Assembly: GCF_964204645.1 (NCBI RefSeq) | Contig: NC_134036.1 | Span: 9,775,859 to 9,839,858 of the forward strand | Direction: 5' to 3' | DNA: 64,000 bases | From: Tubulanus polymorphus | Taxonomy: Eukaryota > Animalia > Nemertea | In this document: positions 1 to 13,912 of the stretch, one piece after another | Layout: each line of letters opens with the position of its first letter | How positions within the stretch are numbered: the stretch's first letter is position 1 | The notes under the pieces: model-generated | What the model was told of the DNA's origin: nothing | What the model saw: the letters and a program-made list of their open reading frames with translations, nothing else | Databases searched by the model: none | Translations under genes and position numbers: made by a program

Positions 1-458
1 TGTTTGTCTATGTCTGTCTGTCTGTCTATCTGTCTGTTTGTCTGACAGTAGAGAAGTGGATGGGAAATGGGCAACTCTATGGTTTTTAAACCATAGAGTT
101 ATGTTCGGGTTTAATCCCTCCCGCTCGCTCTACTGTCAGCCGATTAAATATTAATGTATTCTGTTTGTCTATGTCTGTCTGTCTATCTGTCTGTTTGTCT
201 GACAGTAGAGAAGTGGATGGGAAATGGGCAACTCTATGGTTTTTAAACCATAGAGTTATGTTCGGGTTTAATCCCTCCCGCTCGCTCTACTGTCAGCCGA
301 TTAAATATTAATGTATTCTGTCTGTCTATGTCTGTCTGTCAGTCTATCTGTCTGTTTGTCTGACAGTAGAGAAGTGGATGGGAAATGGGCAACTCTATGG
401 TTTTTAAACCGTAGAGTTATGTTCAGGTTTAATCCCTCCCGCTCGCTCTACTGTCAGC
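1..458. repeat. Tandem repeat, ~160-bp unit x3 (truncated by window start); unit = (TGTC)n microsatellite + ~100-bp fold-back
   Basis: Units restart at ~1, ~162 and ~319. Each has an outer inverted repeat CTGACAGTAGAG...CTCTACTGTCAG and an inner palindrome AACTCTATGGTTTTTAAACCATAGAGTT. Confidence 0.9.
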
Positions 459-804
459 GGCTGTAAACGTTTCAATAAAATCTTAATCTACTTACAACAA
501 TCCTTTCTACTTCACATCGGCATCACTTGAATTTAACTCTTGGAAATATCGCATCATCGCAGTATGTCATCTCCAGTAGGCTATGTCCTAATGAGTACAA
601 CAACAAAAATTTAGACAAAATATCGAGGTCAAGGGACTGACTAGCACAAAGCTGAAATAATTTTTGTGACAGCTTCTTTTTACAAATTGATTCACTTATG
701 GCACCTCAGACTCAAAGACAAATTTCGCTAGTCCCAGTCAGACGAATCTCGCCACCCGGCCCCCCACAGTCCCAGTCCCGAATGACAAGAATTTTTAATT
801 TCAT

Positions 805-1275
805 CACAGGCACTTGAATATGGGCTTTGACCTTGTTGGTGTGTTAAAAATGATAAAATTTATTGTAATTTACGATAAAAACACCACGAAGTGGCATCGC
901 AAATTTTCAAAAATCAATTTTGTTGCCAGTTGAAATCTTTAACGGAGCTAAAACAGTGTCAATATTTCCAAAAAATCATCTACAATTGAAATTATGGGCG
1001 TTCCTTGTATTTCAGGATTAAAATTAACACTTGGGACGTACTTCGGCAATCATCGGCAGTGTTCGGCTGTCCCGATAGTTGCGGGTAGATTTAAGCATTA
1101 CGGAGATAGGAGCGTTTCCAGCCTTTCTGTATAGTATAGTTAGACGAGGGGCACGCGTTGCATCACGGGTAACTTCATTATAAAACATGGCGGATTATCG
1201 AAGTCAGGAATAACATATCGCTGGTGAATTATTAAATATTTATCCATTATCAAAGCCCATATTCAAGTGCCTGTG
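805..1275. mobile_element. MITE / non-autonomous DNA transposon, P-element-like
   Basis: Perfect 26-bp TIR CACAGGCACTTGAATATGGGCTTTGA (805-830 / 1250-1275). 7-bp TSD ATTTCAT at 798-804 and 1276-1282. CA...TG termini with a 7-8 bp TSD fit the P superfamily; the superfamily call is inference. Confidence 0.85.
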
Positions 1276-3789
1276 ATTTCATAGGCTATTCCAATCATGT
1301 GGTCTAAGGATGACATGTAAGACAAATTGGCTTTCCTTTTGTCTCTTTCTCTGAGAAAACCACAGGACATTGGGGCCTAGGCCTACTACTATTTGCTGCT
1401 CTAATCGCTAAGTAGACTGTCTGTGCCAACTTACTCGACCGGACATTAACTGACGAACTGTTAGTGTTCCCTGCTATTTTAGGCCTACACTACTACTCGC
1501 TTTTGCCACACTCAGCGCTAGTCGGAGCTAAAAAGTGCATGCTCCGATCAGCAGTAGACTCTTCCCGGACATATATGTCGTAAAATACCCTTTGAGTAGT
1601 GTTATTACTATTTTCCGAGGATTTTAGGCCTAAACAAAGTGAAACAGCTGAGAGTTACTTCCGGGTAGCAACGCGACTAAAAGATGGAGATTAAGTTTAT
1701 TTTCGCTTGCCGGTGAAGATTAAAACGGGTAAATTCTTAGAGGAAATTAATTATAAATACTACTCACACATATTACAACTATATTGTGTTTTTACTTACT
1801 ATACATTTTCGAAATATAATCGACTGTTAAGGATCGGTATTGAACGCTCGCGCCGGCTTGCCGACTGCTTGAAGCGGCAGCCATTACAGATACACGGAAT
1901 ATTCCCAGCGGCCTTTGCGAATTTCTTAGAAAAGCACCTTGCCGCAGGTGGTTGTGGCAGGTGCGAGTTGACACTTTGTACAGCCGTGTTTCCATGCATA
2001 CGCTTATCTGGTGTTGAAGGGTTATTTTTTGTTTAAATCGAAGTAAATAATTGGAAATTTCGGTTCCGGTTCATTCAAACAATCTTCCAACTAGACTGGA
2101 CCGACAAGCGACTGATTCGGGATTGTTGGCTGCCTAATTTGATACATCTCGATTTTGGAAATAACTGTAACGAGGTACCCGCAGTGCTACTGTGGCAATC
2201 GATGATTCCACTTATGGCAGGCGTGGATCCACCAGGTTCGCTAGTAGATAGTTGGTCGTCCGTGTTCAATTTCCGCTACATTTCAATTAAATCTGAATGA
2301 ACTTTTCTCTGAAAATTTATGAAAACTATATCATTTATGATTATTTATGAATTGTTAAGTTGATAATCCCGAATGTTGACAGCATAAGCACATTTCGAGA
2401 CTACAGATTATCCAAATGTCGTGAGAGCATGGTCTTGATATCCGAAGTGTATGCTGTATGACATCGACGATGCAGCTCCGATGAGGATTGGTTTTCTCTA
2501 CCAAAGAGTGCAGTAGGTACTTGGATGCGTCGCGGTCAAGAAGACAGTGCTATGCGCATTGATATACCGTCAGTAAGAAATCGGCGCAGGTACGTGAATA
2601 TTAGGTTCGTATTTTTCTAAATCAAAACCCACCGTTAACTTTGTTTGTCTTTTCTATTGAAAAATGTACATGGAACTCATGCATGTAATAAAATGAAGGG
2701 TTTAGATTTACTCGCTGCAAAAAGAATGCATCATTGCAAAACATAATCGATTTTGTTACACTATTAACTGTTCTCAATATTATTTATTTTTCAGGAAATA
2801 TACGACTATCATCCAGGTGCTGCGGTTGAAAGGTTACGAGGGGCAGCCCGTTAAAACAAACTCATTTATGAAGATGGCTTACAATTAATTGAGAGGGGAT
2901 ATAGATTCTCAATATGCGGAGTGGGCTGCCTTATGTCGGCCTATCATACGTTTAGTATATCATCTTATATTATTGATATTATCATAACATTACGTCTTAT
3001 AAACTTAAATGTCGAAAAACTCCCAAGAAAACACAGCTTGTCTAGCCAGTGAATAGGTGGAACGAGGTTTACTCCCAAAAATCACCTAGGGACAAGAAAT
3101 TCTTCTGTATCGCGGAAAAATCGTGACTGATATGCCCAACTTTTCTAATTAATCGTGGTTGGGCTAACTAGCGTATGACAAGCACAGCCTCAGAGCAGGA
3201 TAAGTTCGTGACGACTAGGTCACGGGTTGTTAGATAACAATGGTTAGCACCATTAATGATCGTAATGTGTTTATCGTGCAGCGACCAATGAAATGTATTC
3301 CCGAGTCTACGTGTTAACGTAAGCATAATAAAATTGGAATAGTTTATGTTTCAAAGTAGAACGGTTTTGTCTGTTCCGTGTCTAGAATTATTTGTGTTAC
3401 CTCACTTTTTAAAAGGTACACTTCTGATCATTGGTATTTGATTGAGTAGGGTCTAAACCACGTTCACGTTGATTATAAATGGTGAGAATAGGCTATAGCG
3501 ATATCAATTTATTACTTCTAGGTAGAAGTGTCGATTGCTGGGATTCGAACAATGCTGTGACATAACAGAATAGGAATATTCAATATGGCGGACATTAGAC
3601 TGCAGAAAATTTCGCGTCCCTAAAAACCCAAGGTTTTACCCGTTGAAACCTCGAAAACGTAACCAGTGTTAGGAGACTGAGATATATTGTTATTAGGAAT
3701 TTGGGGTAAAAAGCTGAAACTTGGTACTAGGTCACTGGGTAATTTAATTATTACATAAATTTACACATGACAGTTCATGTGAATATTGG

Positions 3790-6099
3790 CGACTTATAAA
3801 GGAACTGCGTCATGAAGGAAATACCTCGAAACACACATCTTTAAATCCACAGACATTCATTGACCACTTCATCCAACTGAATAAGGCCAAAGCTCCTAGC
3901 CCTCACGACGCCAGCCTGGATGACCTCAGTTGTCATAGCAACATATTTACTGACCTTGACTTTCCTATCAAGGAGGAAGAGGTAAAAGCAAGCCTAACGT
4001 CCTTAAAAAACAGTAAGGCCCCTGGTTTGGATGGAATAACAAACGAGCTACTCAAATATGGTAGAGAAACAATATTGAGGCCCATTACGAAGCTCTTCAA
4101 CTTAGTGTACACAAACGGCGTTTTTCCAAAACAATGGGCGAACGGTCTTATCGTACCAATACACAAGAAGGGAGATAGAAATGACCCCGATAATTTCAGG
4201 GGGATAACACTGAATAACTGCCTAGGCAACTTGTTCTCACTAGTCATAAACAATAGATTGAAAAATTTTGTCAAAAAACATAATCTAATTGAAAAAACCA
4301 AATAAGTTTCATGCCAGGCTCCAGAACCACTGACCACATGTATGTACTGAAGCAAATGATCGATAAAAAACTGGCATCATCTAAAAACTTATACACCTGC
4401 TTCATCGATCTTCGTAAAGCCTTCGATTCAGTGTGGCATGCTGGTCTTATACATAAATTAAAGAATTATGAACTTGGAAAACACATCATGACTATTTTAC
4501 AAAGCATGAACAATAGAATGACTTGGTGTCTCAAGGTGAATGAGTATCAGATGTCAGATGTATATAAGTCTTCAATAGGTGTACAGCAGGGAAACATTTT
4601 AAGTCCGCTTCTTTTTAACCTGTATATTAATGATATTGTTAATTGTTTCGATGTTAACTGTGATCCTGTAGAAAACGGCGACAACTTACTTAGCTGTCTC
4701 TTATACGCCGATGACCTCGTGCTAGTGTCCAACCCCCCAGAAGGACTCCAGAAATGTCTTGAAAGGCTACATCTATATTGTAAAAAATTGAAACTTGAAA
4801 TCAATACTGATAAGAGCAAAGTAGTAGTGTTCAGTAAAAAAGGAAATATACCTATCAATTTGAACTTTTCACTTGGAAACTCATAGGCCTACCTCGAGTT
4901 GGTCAAAGAATACAAATACCTTGGCCTTATATTTTCATCGAATGGTAAATTCCAGAAAGTCAAAGAGAACCTTTTTGCATCTGCCAACAGGGCAATGTTG
5001 TCAATCCAGAAAATGATCGGGGTACAAAACTGTAAGCCAAACACGGCATTACACCTATTTGACACTCTTGTCAACCCAATCTTATTATACGGTTGCGAGA
5101 TATGGCTGCCCTCTACAACACTTGCCAAAAGAATAGCGAAAAACAACCAGTTCTGCCTAGAATCAACCCTCATGAAAGAAACACATATTCACAAATTGCT
5201 TACCAAGTATAGGAAATAGGAAAGCCACTAACATGGCAGTTTTAGGGGAAATGGGGAAGTACCCGCTTTACATCGAAGCCTGTATTAGAATTATCAATTT
5301 CTGGCAACATATGAAGGGCTCAAATGGTACTTTAGTAAATGTAATTTACGAAAGTGTTAAGAAACTGCCATGGAAACAAGTAGAATGGAACCACTTTATA
5401 TATATTCTACTCTCATGTATTAGCCATGAATCGTTGTACATAGAAAACTCTGACATCTCTAAATCAACAATAATAAGGTTAAGGCACATAATGCAGGAGA
5501 GGTTTAAAATATACTGGAATCATCTGATGGGAAATTCGAACAAATTAGAGTTTTTTAGATTGGTAAAAACAGGATTCCAAATGGAACCATACCTACTACT
5601 CGACATGCACAGGAACTATAGAATGGCCCTTACACGTCTCAGGCTAAGTGCCCACCCACTAATGATAGAAAGGGGGAGACATTTTAACATCCCGCGTGCA
5701 GACAGGAAGTGTTCCCTATGTGATACAGTAGAAACTGAGGTCCATTTTGTGATGGAGTGCCCAAAGTATTCAGCTCTAAGGGCCTCCCTTGTAGAAAAAT
5801 TTACAAAACTATTCCCAGACTATTGTACTCGAAATACTAATGTACAATTTATTCAGATTCTCACGTCAACTAAGTTAGCTAAAGACCTAGGTCGTTTTTG
5901 CTATGCGGGTTTCATCAAGACGACATTATAATTCCATCGATCATCTATTGTATTAACCACCTTTTACCTCTTATACATGTGGAATTTGTAAATATAAGTG
6001 CTATTAGAAGTTTTGTTATCTTGTTAATATTCTTGTCACTTATGGTCATGTAATATTGATTTAAAAGACAATAAACATTAATTGAATTGAATTGAATTG
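3790..6099 (+). mobile_element. 5'-truncated non-LTR retrotransposon (CR1/L2 group, Daphne/Crack-like) with disrupted RT ORF2
   Basis: ORF pieces 4027-4305, 4311-4886, 4899-5219 and 5233-5931 carry RT motifs (FIDLRKAFDSV, GVQQGNILSPLLFNLYIND, LLYADD) and a C-terminal RLSAHPLMIERGRH..CSLCD..HFVMEC. The 3' end is AATAAA followed by an (ATTGA)n tail at ~6070-6099. Confidence 0.9.
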
Positions 6100-6639
6100 T
6101 GAGTATGTGACGTATTAGGTAATTTACTCACGTCAGATCACGTAATCTATTTAGTGACCACACATGTTTCTGGGGAAATAATTGAGGAATTAGTTGTTCA
6201 AATAGGGTGGATTGATATTTTACGTAATACTTGGATTATTAATGAAATGCGTTCAAACTTGGTCATCAGCTGTAGTCAAAACAGACCACAGTATATAAGA
6301 GGGACATATCGAATGTAGAGGAGAACCGGGACTGACTGCCAACCCTACAGGACGAAAATACAGAAGTTATAAATAAAAATCTACAAACATCATAACTACA
6401 TATAGTTGTTAAGAGTTCCTCGATAGCAAGGACCTATCACCGGAACGCGGACAACAGGAAGATAATTACGGTAAACTCGCATAAAAGTCGCGAGGCCACT
6501 ATACATCGGTGTTTTTCCGACGTCGCAAATCGTTTAAAATATTTTAACTGATAGTGTATATCCTACATACACCCAGACATACCCGTCACGCTTGAGAGAG
6601 CACAGACCAGTTGCGTGTGTAAAGTGTAAAGGGATCAAA

Positions 6640-7289
6640 CAGGTGGTGCAACATGATGACCACATGAGAGATCTGACTAAATCCGTGGATTTTAACTAAC
6701 TAGAAGAAAAACAGTTCAAAATCAGTCGAGCTTAAAAAAGCAGGCCAGAAAATTTTTACATTAGACAAAGAGCTGAAAGAGGCAAGAAAGGATATTAAAA
6801 AACTCGAAAACCTGTGCATAGAGCTCCAGTTCACGATAAATAAAGATAAGCCACGTGACCCTCTGGAAAACACGGATGTAACTCTTGTTGTAACAAACCT
6901 TCACTACACCGAGAATGAAAACGTGACCAAAAAATGTGAAAAACCCTATGAAAAAACTCGGGCTTTGCCGAGAAGTGAAAGTGATAAAAGCTATCCGTCT
7001 AAAAAGCCGTAACCCAACATTCCCTGGTATAATTAAGTTTGCCGTACATGATAAAGAAACGAAAGTAGCAGTCTTAAGAGCGAAAAATGCACTTCTTAAA
7101 ATCCCGAATTTCGAAACAGTTTGGATTCGTAGCAGCAAGAGCCACCTTGAGAGACTCCATGAAATCAACACTCAAAGAATATTGAAAATGGTGCCTGGAG
7201 GCAACTATCTAAAAGTTGCTAGTTACGGACGACTGATTGACAAAACCCCGAAACCGAACACCGCCCCATTGACAACGAGCCCCCGATGA
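6640..7289 (+). pseudogene. Degenerate LINE ORF1-like (coiled-coil + RRM-like) fragment
   Basis: ORF 6936-7289 (IIKFAVHDKETKVAVLRAKNALLK..VWIRSSKSHLER) resembles the RRM/CTD part of invertebrate LINE ORF1 proteins. The upstream part is broken by stops and frameshifts. Confidence 0.45.
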
Positions 7290-9332
7290 GAACCAAAGCT
7301 TTCATTCCTCCTGAAAAAGACTGAAGAATATCTTTTAGCAAACTTGACAGTATGCAATTTTCCGCAACACCAGATTCCGCACCTACGCAGGTCACTAGAT
7401 CTCAGAGAATCCCAAAACGACGTAGGATACGGTCTAACAATTCCGGTCTAACCCAGATCTTAACGTTGGATCAGCAGCCGTCACTGCAAGAGACTGGTTA
7501 CCGGTCTCTATCTTCAATTAGAGACCAGTTGTGCCCATCCTCCATTTTACATTTTCGATGCATGTCAAATAAGGTCAAACATGTAAAGTTGCAAGTTATT
7601 ACCTGGTTAAGATGGCGTCTCTTCTAATCTGCTTAGCTTCGAGCGATATCAAAATTGCCCTTAACAATGGACGGCAAGACATTCATTGCTTAAGTATGAG
7701 ATAAATCCGCCTATTATTTACCTGGTACTCGGAATACAAACTAACAAGAATCGAAATCTAATGCGAGGTAAGCTCTACCGCGACCGTCACTGAATACAGA
7801 ACATTCTGAAGGAACAGGGGACATCCTTTCTATATCTACAGTTCGTGAGAAGCATTTAGTAGTGAATTTTATGTTTTAATACAGTGTTGTAAAATTACTA
7901 TATTTAGTATCTGAATAAAGTTTACAATTGTTGAACTCCTTAGTGCTTTGTGAGATTGGATATGTTTGGATCCACCTCAGCTTACTGATTTCCTGATACA
8001 GACAGCAAGTTGGGACAGTCAAATTAAGAGACTTGGTCAAGACAAGTTACTCAGATCACACTGTAAATTCGCAATATCCTCTCTTCTCATGGACCACACA
8101 ATGTCAATGTTGACTTTGCTAGAAATCGATTATAGAATTCATCACGACCAATTCTTTTTCACTGAATTCAATATTTATTGTTCACTTCTGGTACAAAATC
8201 TTGTTCAGCCCCTGACAAGAGAATAAGCAATGATACGTATTTCATTATTTTTTTTTCATTGACAAATTGGGACGATCCTGATATCGCTGATTTGAATGAT
8301 AGTGTCTTTAGAATCATAAAGACCAAGTCTCGACCAGACAGATAATCCAATCACAATTCAAATTGAAGGCTCGCTAGTGCAGTTATTCACAGAATCCAGC
8401 TCTTTAAACCTCATCAGATATACGAGCAATTATCTAAGTTTAGACAATTGCTCGTAGATCAGATCGTGAGCAATGGAGAAATAAAGTACACAACATCTTG
8501 GCGCAGCGGCGCTTGCTGATGATGATGAGTTTATCAGAATCAATGAGTTTCACCGCCTGTTATTTGGAATCTCATTTCATCACAGCTAGTGCTGATTCTT
8601 TATTCTCTTTGATTACTGCATGATGTTATCATTCTTAAATTAAAATACATATCACTTACAATTAAACCTGGATTGACTTTACAATTAATGGTTCAGAATC
8701 CATTTTTCAAACTTACCTTGACTTGATGCATTGCAATCTATTCCTTCATGTTGAGCTAATTTGACACGCATTACTTCAATTTCTTAAAACATCCTACGAG
8801 TTGTGACTCACAAAATCACCACTAAAACGCTCTAGATAATCTACAATAGATAATCAATACAGTGTTCGTTAAATAGCACTCATATTCAATGTTCACATTT
8901 TTATGAAGAAGTAAGTAAGTAGGTGAAGTTACCTCGTTGATGTCATTATTTTCACTGGATCAACTGCTGATCCGATGTCACATTAAGAACAATCAATCAA
9001 TCGCCTCGAGTGAACAAACAAGTAAATGTAAGTTTATGTATTGTTGTTTCCATCCACCAGTCCAAATTGCTGATTGACGACCAGTAGGTTTTGACGGCGC
9101 TGTCACGCAGCCATACTGAATTGAATACCGATATTTTCGGTACCACACGCTAAACAAGTGCCTGCAGAAGCGTTACCTGGCAGTTCTAACGGAATTTCTT
9201 CCTTCATTGGTATAAAAAATGACTTTAAAGAGGTCCATGGAACGTAAATCGAGACACAGTGTAGGCGGCCAAGTTACATTGTTCACGTGATGAAATACTG
9301 AAATCTGATTGGTTCCGTAAAATCTGCGGAAG

Positions 9333-12300
9333 ATGGCGGACGGGCAAAACCTGTCCCATATTGAATGGGACAGGCAACCAGTCTATCACTCATAGAAACA
9401 CCGGACGCCAGTGCTCAACACTCAGTACGTCGGCAACGATCATGAATACCCCAGCAGAACCAGTTCTTAGCGATATCCTGAGCCAAGCAAACAAAGTCCT
9501 AATCTCGAGAATAGGATTGCAGCGTTGACCAACAGTCGCGCCAATTCGATTTAACAATTCTGTGCCTAAACGTGCGTGGACTACGGTCAAACTAGATTCC
9601 CAGAACTAGAACAGTTAATATGTGAAAACGATATAATTGTACTAACTGAAACGAAATTAGACACTACCGATAAGCTATGGATCGACACATTCGCACATGA
9701 TTTGGGATATATTGTTATTCCTCACAATAGAAAGGGCCTATCCATTAGAAGATCCGGTGGCATCGCAATCCTGATGAGAAATAAACTTAAAGATTGTGTT
9801 AAAAATGTGCGTTCCAACAAAGTGAGCCTATGGGTCGAACTAGACCGAGGTAATTTTCTTAATGAAAAAAATATAGTTACATCAGCCCTGAAACAAGTGA
9901 TTATGGCGATGTTAACCTTTTTAAAGAGGTCAACTATAAATATTGTAAACAACCATATTATCATGTGTGGTGACTTCAACGCCCATACAAAAAACCTTCT
10001 AGATAACTTCCCAAACAACAATGATGATTTGATTGAAAATGAACTTCACCTCAACGAAGCACTCGATGACACGATCGACACCGTATCGCATATGAATGAT
10101 CACGGTTATTTAACTAGATATAATAGGGACCAAAGTGTGAATAATTATGGCCGAAAGCTCCTCGAATTTTGCAAAAGGTATTCTTTGTTAATTTTGTTCA
10201 TAGTAAACGCTAGGGTCGGCCACGATAGACTTATTGGCGATTTTACGTGTGTAAAGGGGATTAACCACCATACAGTTGACTATATGATCGCGTCGCCTGA
10301 TCTATTCCCAGTAATCGCACATTTTCATGTACTTGATTTTGAACGGGCCGTGTCTTATGTCTATGCTAAACATAAAACAGAAGAAAATAAAGCCAGACCA
10401 AATCGCCTTTTTCGACTGTACAAAAACTCTGTTAAAACCGACAACCAAAATTCAATAGATAAACTAAATAAACGCATTAAGAACCTTAAAAGGTCAAACC
10501 CCGGAGACTTATGGAAACTCCTAAAGAACAAAGTCCGTTTCCCCTGCCTGGCAAATATCAATGACTTGACCAACCACTTTCGCCAACTAAACTCAAAGCC
10601 GTCTTTCACAAACGAAAACATAGACGCCGACCTAGAAAATATGACAATGGATAATCTAGATAATGAACCCTTAGAATTGGTAGTTTCACATTCCGAAATC
10701 TCGAAAGCTATACGAAATTTGAAAAACAATAAAGCCCCTGGCCTTGACGATATTACTAACGTAATTCTGAGAAGTGCAGAACCTGTGTTATCCCCAATTC
10801 TTGTCGTCATATTCAATGAAATTATTACTACAGGAATCAACCCAGACAACTGGCTTTTAGGATCAATAATACCAATTTATAAAAATGAAGGATGTCCCAC
10901 ATCACCCGATAATTACAGAGGAATAACTCTACTAAGTTGCTTCGGTAAAATTTTCATCAGTATCATTGATTCCAGGCTCAGTACATTCCTAGAAATATGG
11001 TCTATTAGCCTAAACAAAGCGGGCTTCCGTAAAAACCACAGCGTAAACGGCCACATATTTACCCTGAAAAGTATAATAGATATCTCCTCTGCAAATAAGA
11101 AAAGATTATACTGCGCCTTCATAGACTACGAGACGGCTTTCGACAAAATCTGGCGTAAAGCACTATGGCAAAAATTGTTGAATACCGGTGTAAATGGTAA
11201 CATTTTAAGAATTACCCAAAATATATATGCTCATATCAAATCATGTGTACAGATGGACGGAGACAAATCTGATTTTCCCCAGTATTATTTTCTATTTACA
11301 TAAACGATCTAGAGTGTTTTATGGCTAATGAAGGCTGTAGTTTAATTAATATAGAGGGTAGCGATAACACAGTTTGGTTGATCTTGAAACTACTATTACT
11401 TCTATACGCAGACGCTACGCTAATTTTATCAGAGTCCACAGAAGGACTCCAGCACGCCTTGGACACCTAAGTAAAATATGGCAAACTTTGTTAGCTTAAA
11501 ATTAACTGTGCCAAAACAAAAATTGTTATTTTTCAGAAACGAAAATCGAGAAACCGAACTGACTTCAACTTCCACTTGGGTGAAAATAGTATTGAAATAG
11601 TAGAGGATTTCAAATATCTAGGTATTTTATTTAACTCTAATGGGTCTTTCTGCAAATTTAGAAAATCTTAACATGATAGCGCTCTCAAAGCTATGTACTT
11701 CGTCCTCAGGAAGTCGCAACAGTTAAACTTGAGCATCGATACAAGTTTATATCTTTTTGATTCTATGGTTAAACCGATCCTGTTGTATGCGTGTGAAATA
11801 TGGGGATTTGAAAACCTGAAAATTCTAGAAGCAGTTCATCTACAGTTTTGTAAATATATGTTACGCCTCAATAATTCAACACCAGGTTATATGATATATG
11901 GAGAGCTACTTAGAGTACCCTTGTGGGTGGATATAAAATCTAAAATGGCAAAATTCTGGGCAAACCTTGTTTCCGAAAATGGGGAAACCTTATCAAGCAA
12001 AATGTACCATATACTGCTCGATGCCAGTGTTTCAAAAGATATAGATTTTAAATGGTTATCATGGATGAAAGGTATACTTGAAGAATGTGGAATGGTCGAT
12101 GTTTGGCTACCCCAAAATTTCCCAAATATTCAATTCCTATTCGAATCTATTAAACTGCGACTAACCGACCAATTTACCCAACATTGGTATTCAGACTGAT
12201 TAACTTCTTCAAAAGCTGTTACATATGGTGAAATCAAAACCAACCTTTAATCACAAAGAACTAGAACCGTACATTTCATTATTACCGATGTCGTATCGTA

Positions 12301-12607
12301 TAACACTTAGTAGATTTCGATGCAGTAATCACAGCCTACCGATTGAAACAGGTAAACAGAATAACGTGCCCAAAGAAGAAAGACTTACTTAAGAAGAAGT
12401 ACTACATGTAACGCAGGATGCCATGGTGATGAAAGACATTTTCTCCAAGAATGCAACTTTTTCACGACCGATAGAAACAAACTGATCCCCTCTAAATTTT
12501 GGACAAATCTACCTACCCATAACTTGAACAAACTGTTTAATGTAAAACAAAAGAAAACACTAATCAATTTATGTAAATTCATTAAAGTCTGTACCCGTGC
12601 ATTATGA
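9333..12607 (+). mobile_element. Decayed non-LTR retrotransposon (APE + RT, CR1/L2 group)
   Basis: APE motifs CLNVRGL (~9563), LTETKL, SGGIAIL, CGDFNAH and VDYM. RT motifs NYRGITLLSCFGK and FIDYETAFDKI. YADD is decayed to YADA (~11405-11416) and the GVRQG region is deleted near 11280. C-terminal RFRCSNHSLPIETG at ~12310-12350. Confidence 0.9.
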
Positions 12608-13088
12608 GTTTTCCGGTTTGCTCAGCTACCCGTACTGACGGGGTACTCCGGTTAATGAAATTTTAACACCGGATTGCTGATCTACCCATTTTACGGGGGT
12701 ACGGTATGTTCTTTGATCTGACAGTTTCAAGTGGATAATGAGGATGATTGCTGATTTTTATCATGTGGTGTTCTTATCAAAATTCAGGAAGAAGGTGAAG
12801 GCCGTCGAAACCACAGTACCGACGATCTTCGCGAACGTGGTCCTTGCTATATATACAATACGTACTAGAAATCTCTCTCGAATTTTGATAATTTGACCAC
12901 TTGCGCGATCGAGAGTTTGATAGGCGGATCCAGCTCCGAAACAACTTGCTTGCACTACCTACCACCTGCTACGTATGGTTTGTGTACTTAGAACTACCGT
13001 AATTAATCAATGGTGCACCGCGAACAAGTCTACACACTGAGTGCCCACTGAGCACCTGGGAATCTTATGACTGACCACAGTAACACGA

Positions 13089-13912
13089 CAACTGACCAGA
13101 CGAGAAACACGCAAATATCGGAAACTAAGTAGTCGTGTAAGGTGTCAAACAGCTAGGAATATGTCACAGCGAACTTTCCAACTGACCACTAGTGACCGCA
13201 ACTGACCAGACGAGAAACACGCAAATATCGGAAACTAAGTAGTCGTGTTAGGTGTCAAACAGCTAGGAATATATCACAGCAAAGTTTCCAACTGACCACT
13301 AGTGACCGCAACTGACCAGACGAGAAACACGCGAATATCGGAAACTAAGTAGTCGTGTTAGGTGTCAAACAGCTAGGAATATATCACAGCAAAGTTTCCA
13401 ACTGACCACTAGTGACCGCAACTGACCAGACGAGAAACACGCGAATATCGGAAACTAAGTAGTCGTGTTAGGTGTCAAACAGCTAGGAATATATCACAGC
13501 AAAGTTTCCAACTGACCACTAGTGACCGCAACTGACCAGACGAGAAACACGCAAATATCGGAAACTAAGTAGGCCTAGTCGTGTTTGGTGTCAAACAGCT
13601 AGGAATATATCACAGCAAAGTTTCCAACTGACCACTAGTGACCGCAACTGACCAGACGAGAAACACGCAAATATCGGAAACTAAGTAGGCCTAGTCGTGT
13701 TTGGTGTCAAACAGCTAGGAATATATCACAGCAAAGTTTCCAACTGACCACTAGTGACCGCAACTGACCAGACGAGAAACACGCGAATATCGGAAACTAA
13801 GTAGTCGTGTTAGGTGTCAAACAGCTAGGAATATATCACTGCGAACTTTCCAACTGACCACTCTAGTGACCGCATATGACCAGTGACCACGACTGACCAG
13901 ACGAGAAACACG
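13089..13912. repeat. Tandem array, 110-bp unit x ~7.5
   Basis: CAACTGACCAGACGAGAAACACGC recurs every 110 bp (13089, 13199, 13309, 13419, 13529...). Two adjacent units share a 6-bp insertion (TAGGCCTAG). Confidence 0.95.

Noticed and set aside
1707-2036. 109-aa ORF and overlapping reverse ORFs
   Set aside because: Non-ATG or weak starts, no recognisable domain and no splice support.
7950-9330. Possible decayed coding sequence between the LINE fragments
   Set aside because: I could not recover a consistent frame or motif by eye.
3933-11122. Minus-strand ORFs overlapping the LINEs (e.g. 3933-4355, 4547-4858, 10361-10849)
   Set aside because: They are antisense shadows of RT/APE coding sequence.
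13089-13912. Regularly spaced repeats resembling a CRISPR array
   Set aside because: Whole 110-bp units are near-identical, there are no unique spacers or cas genes, and the context is eukaryotic.
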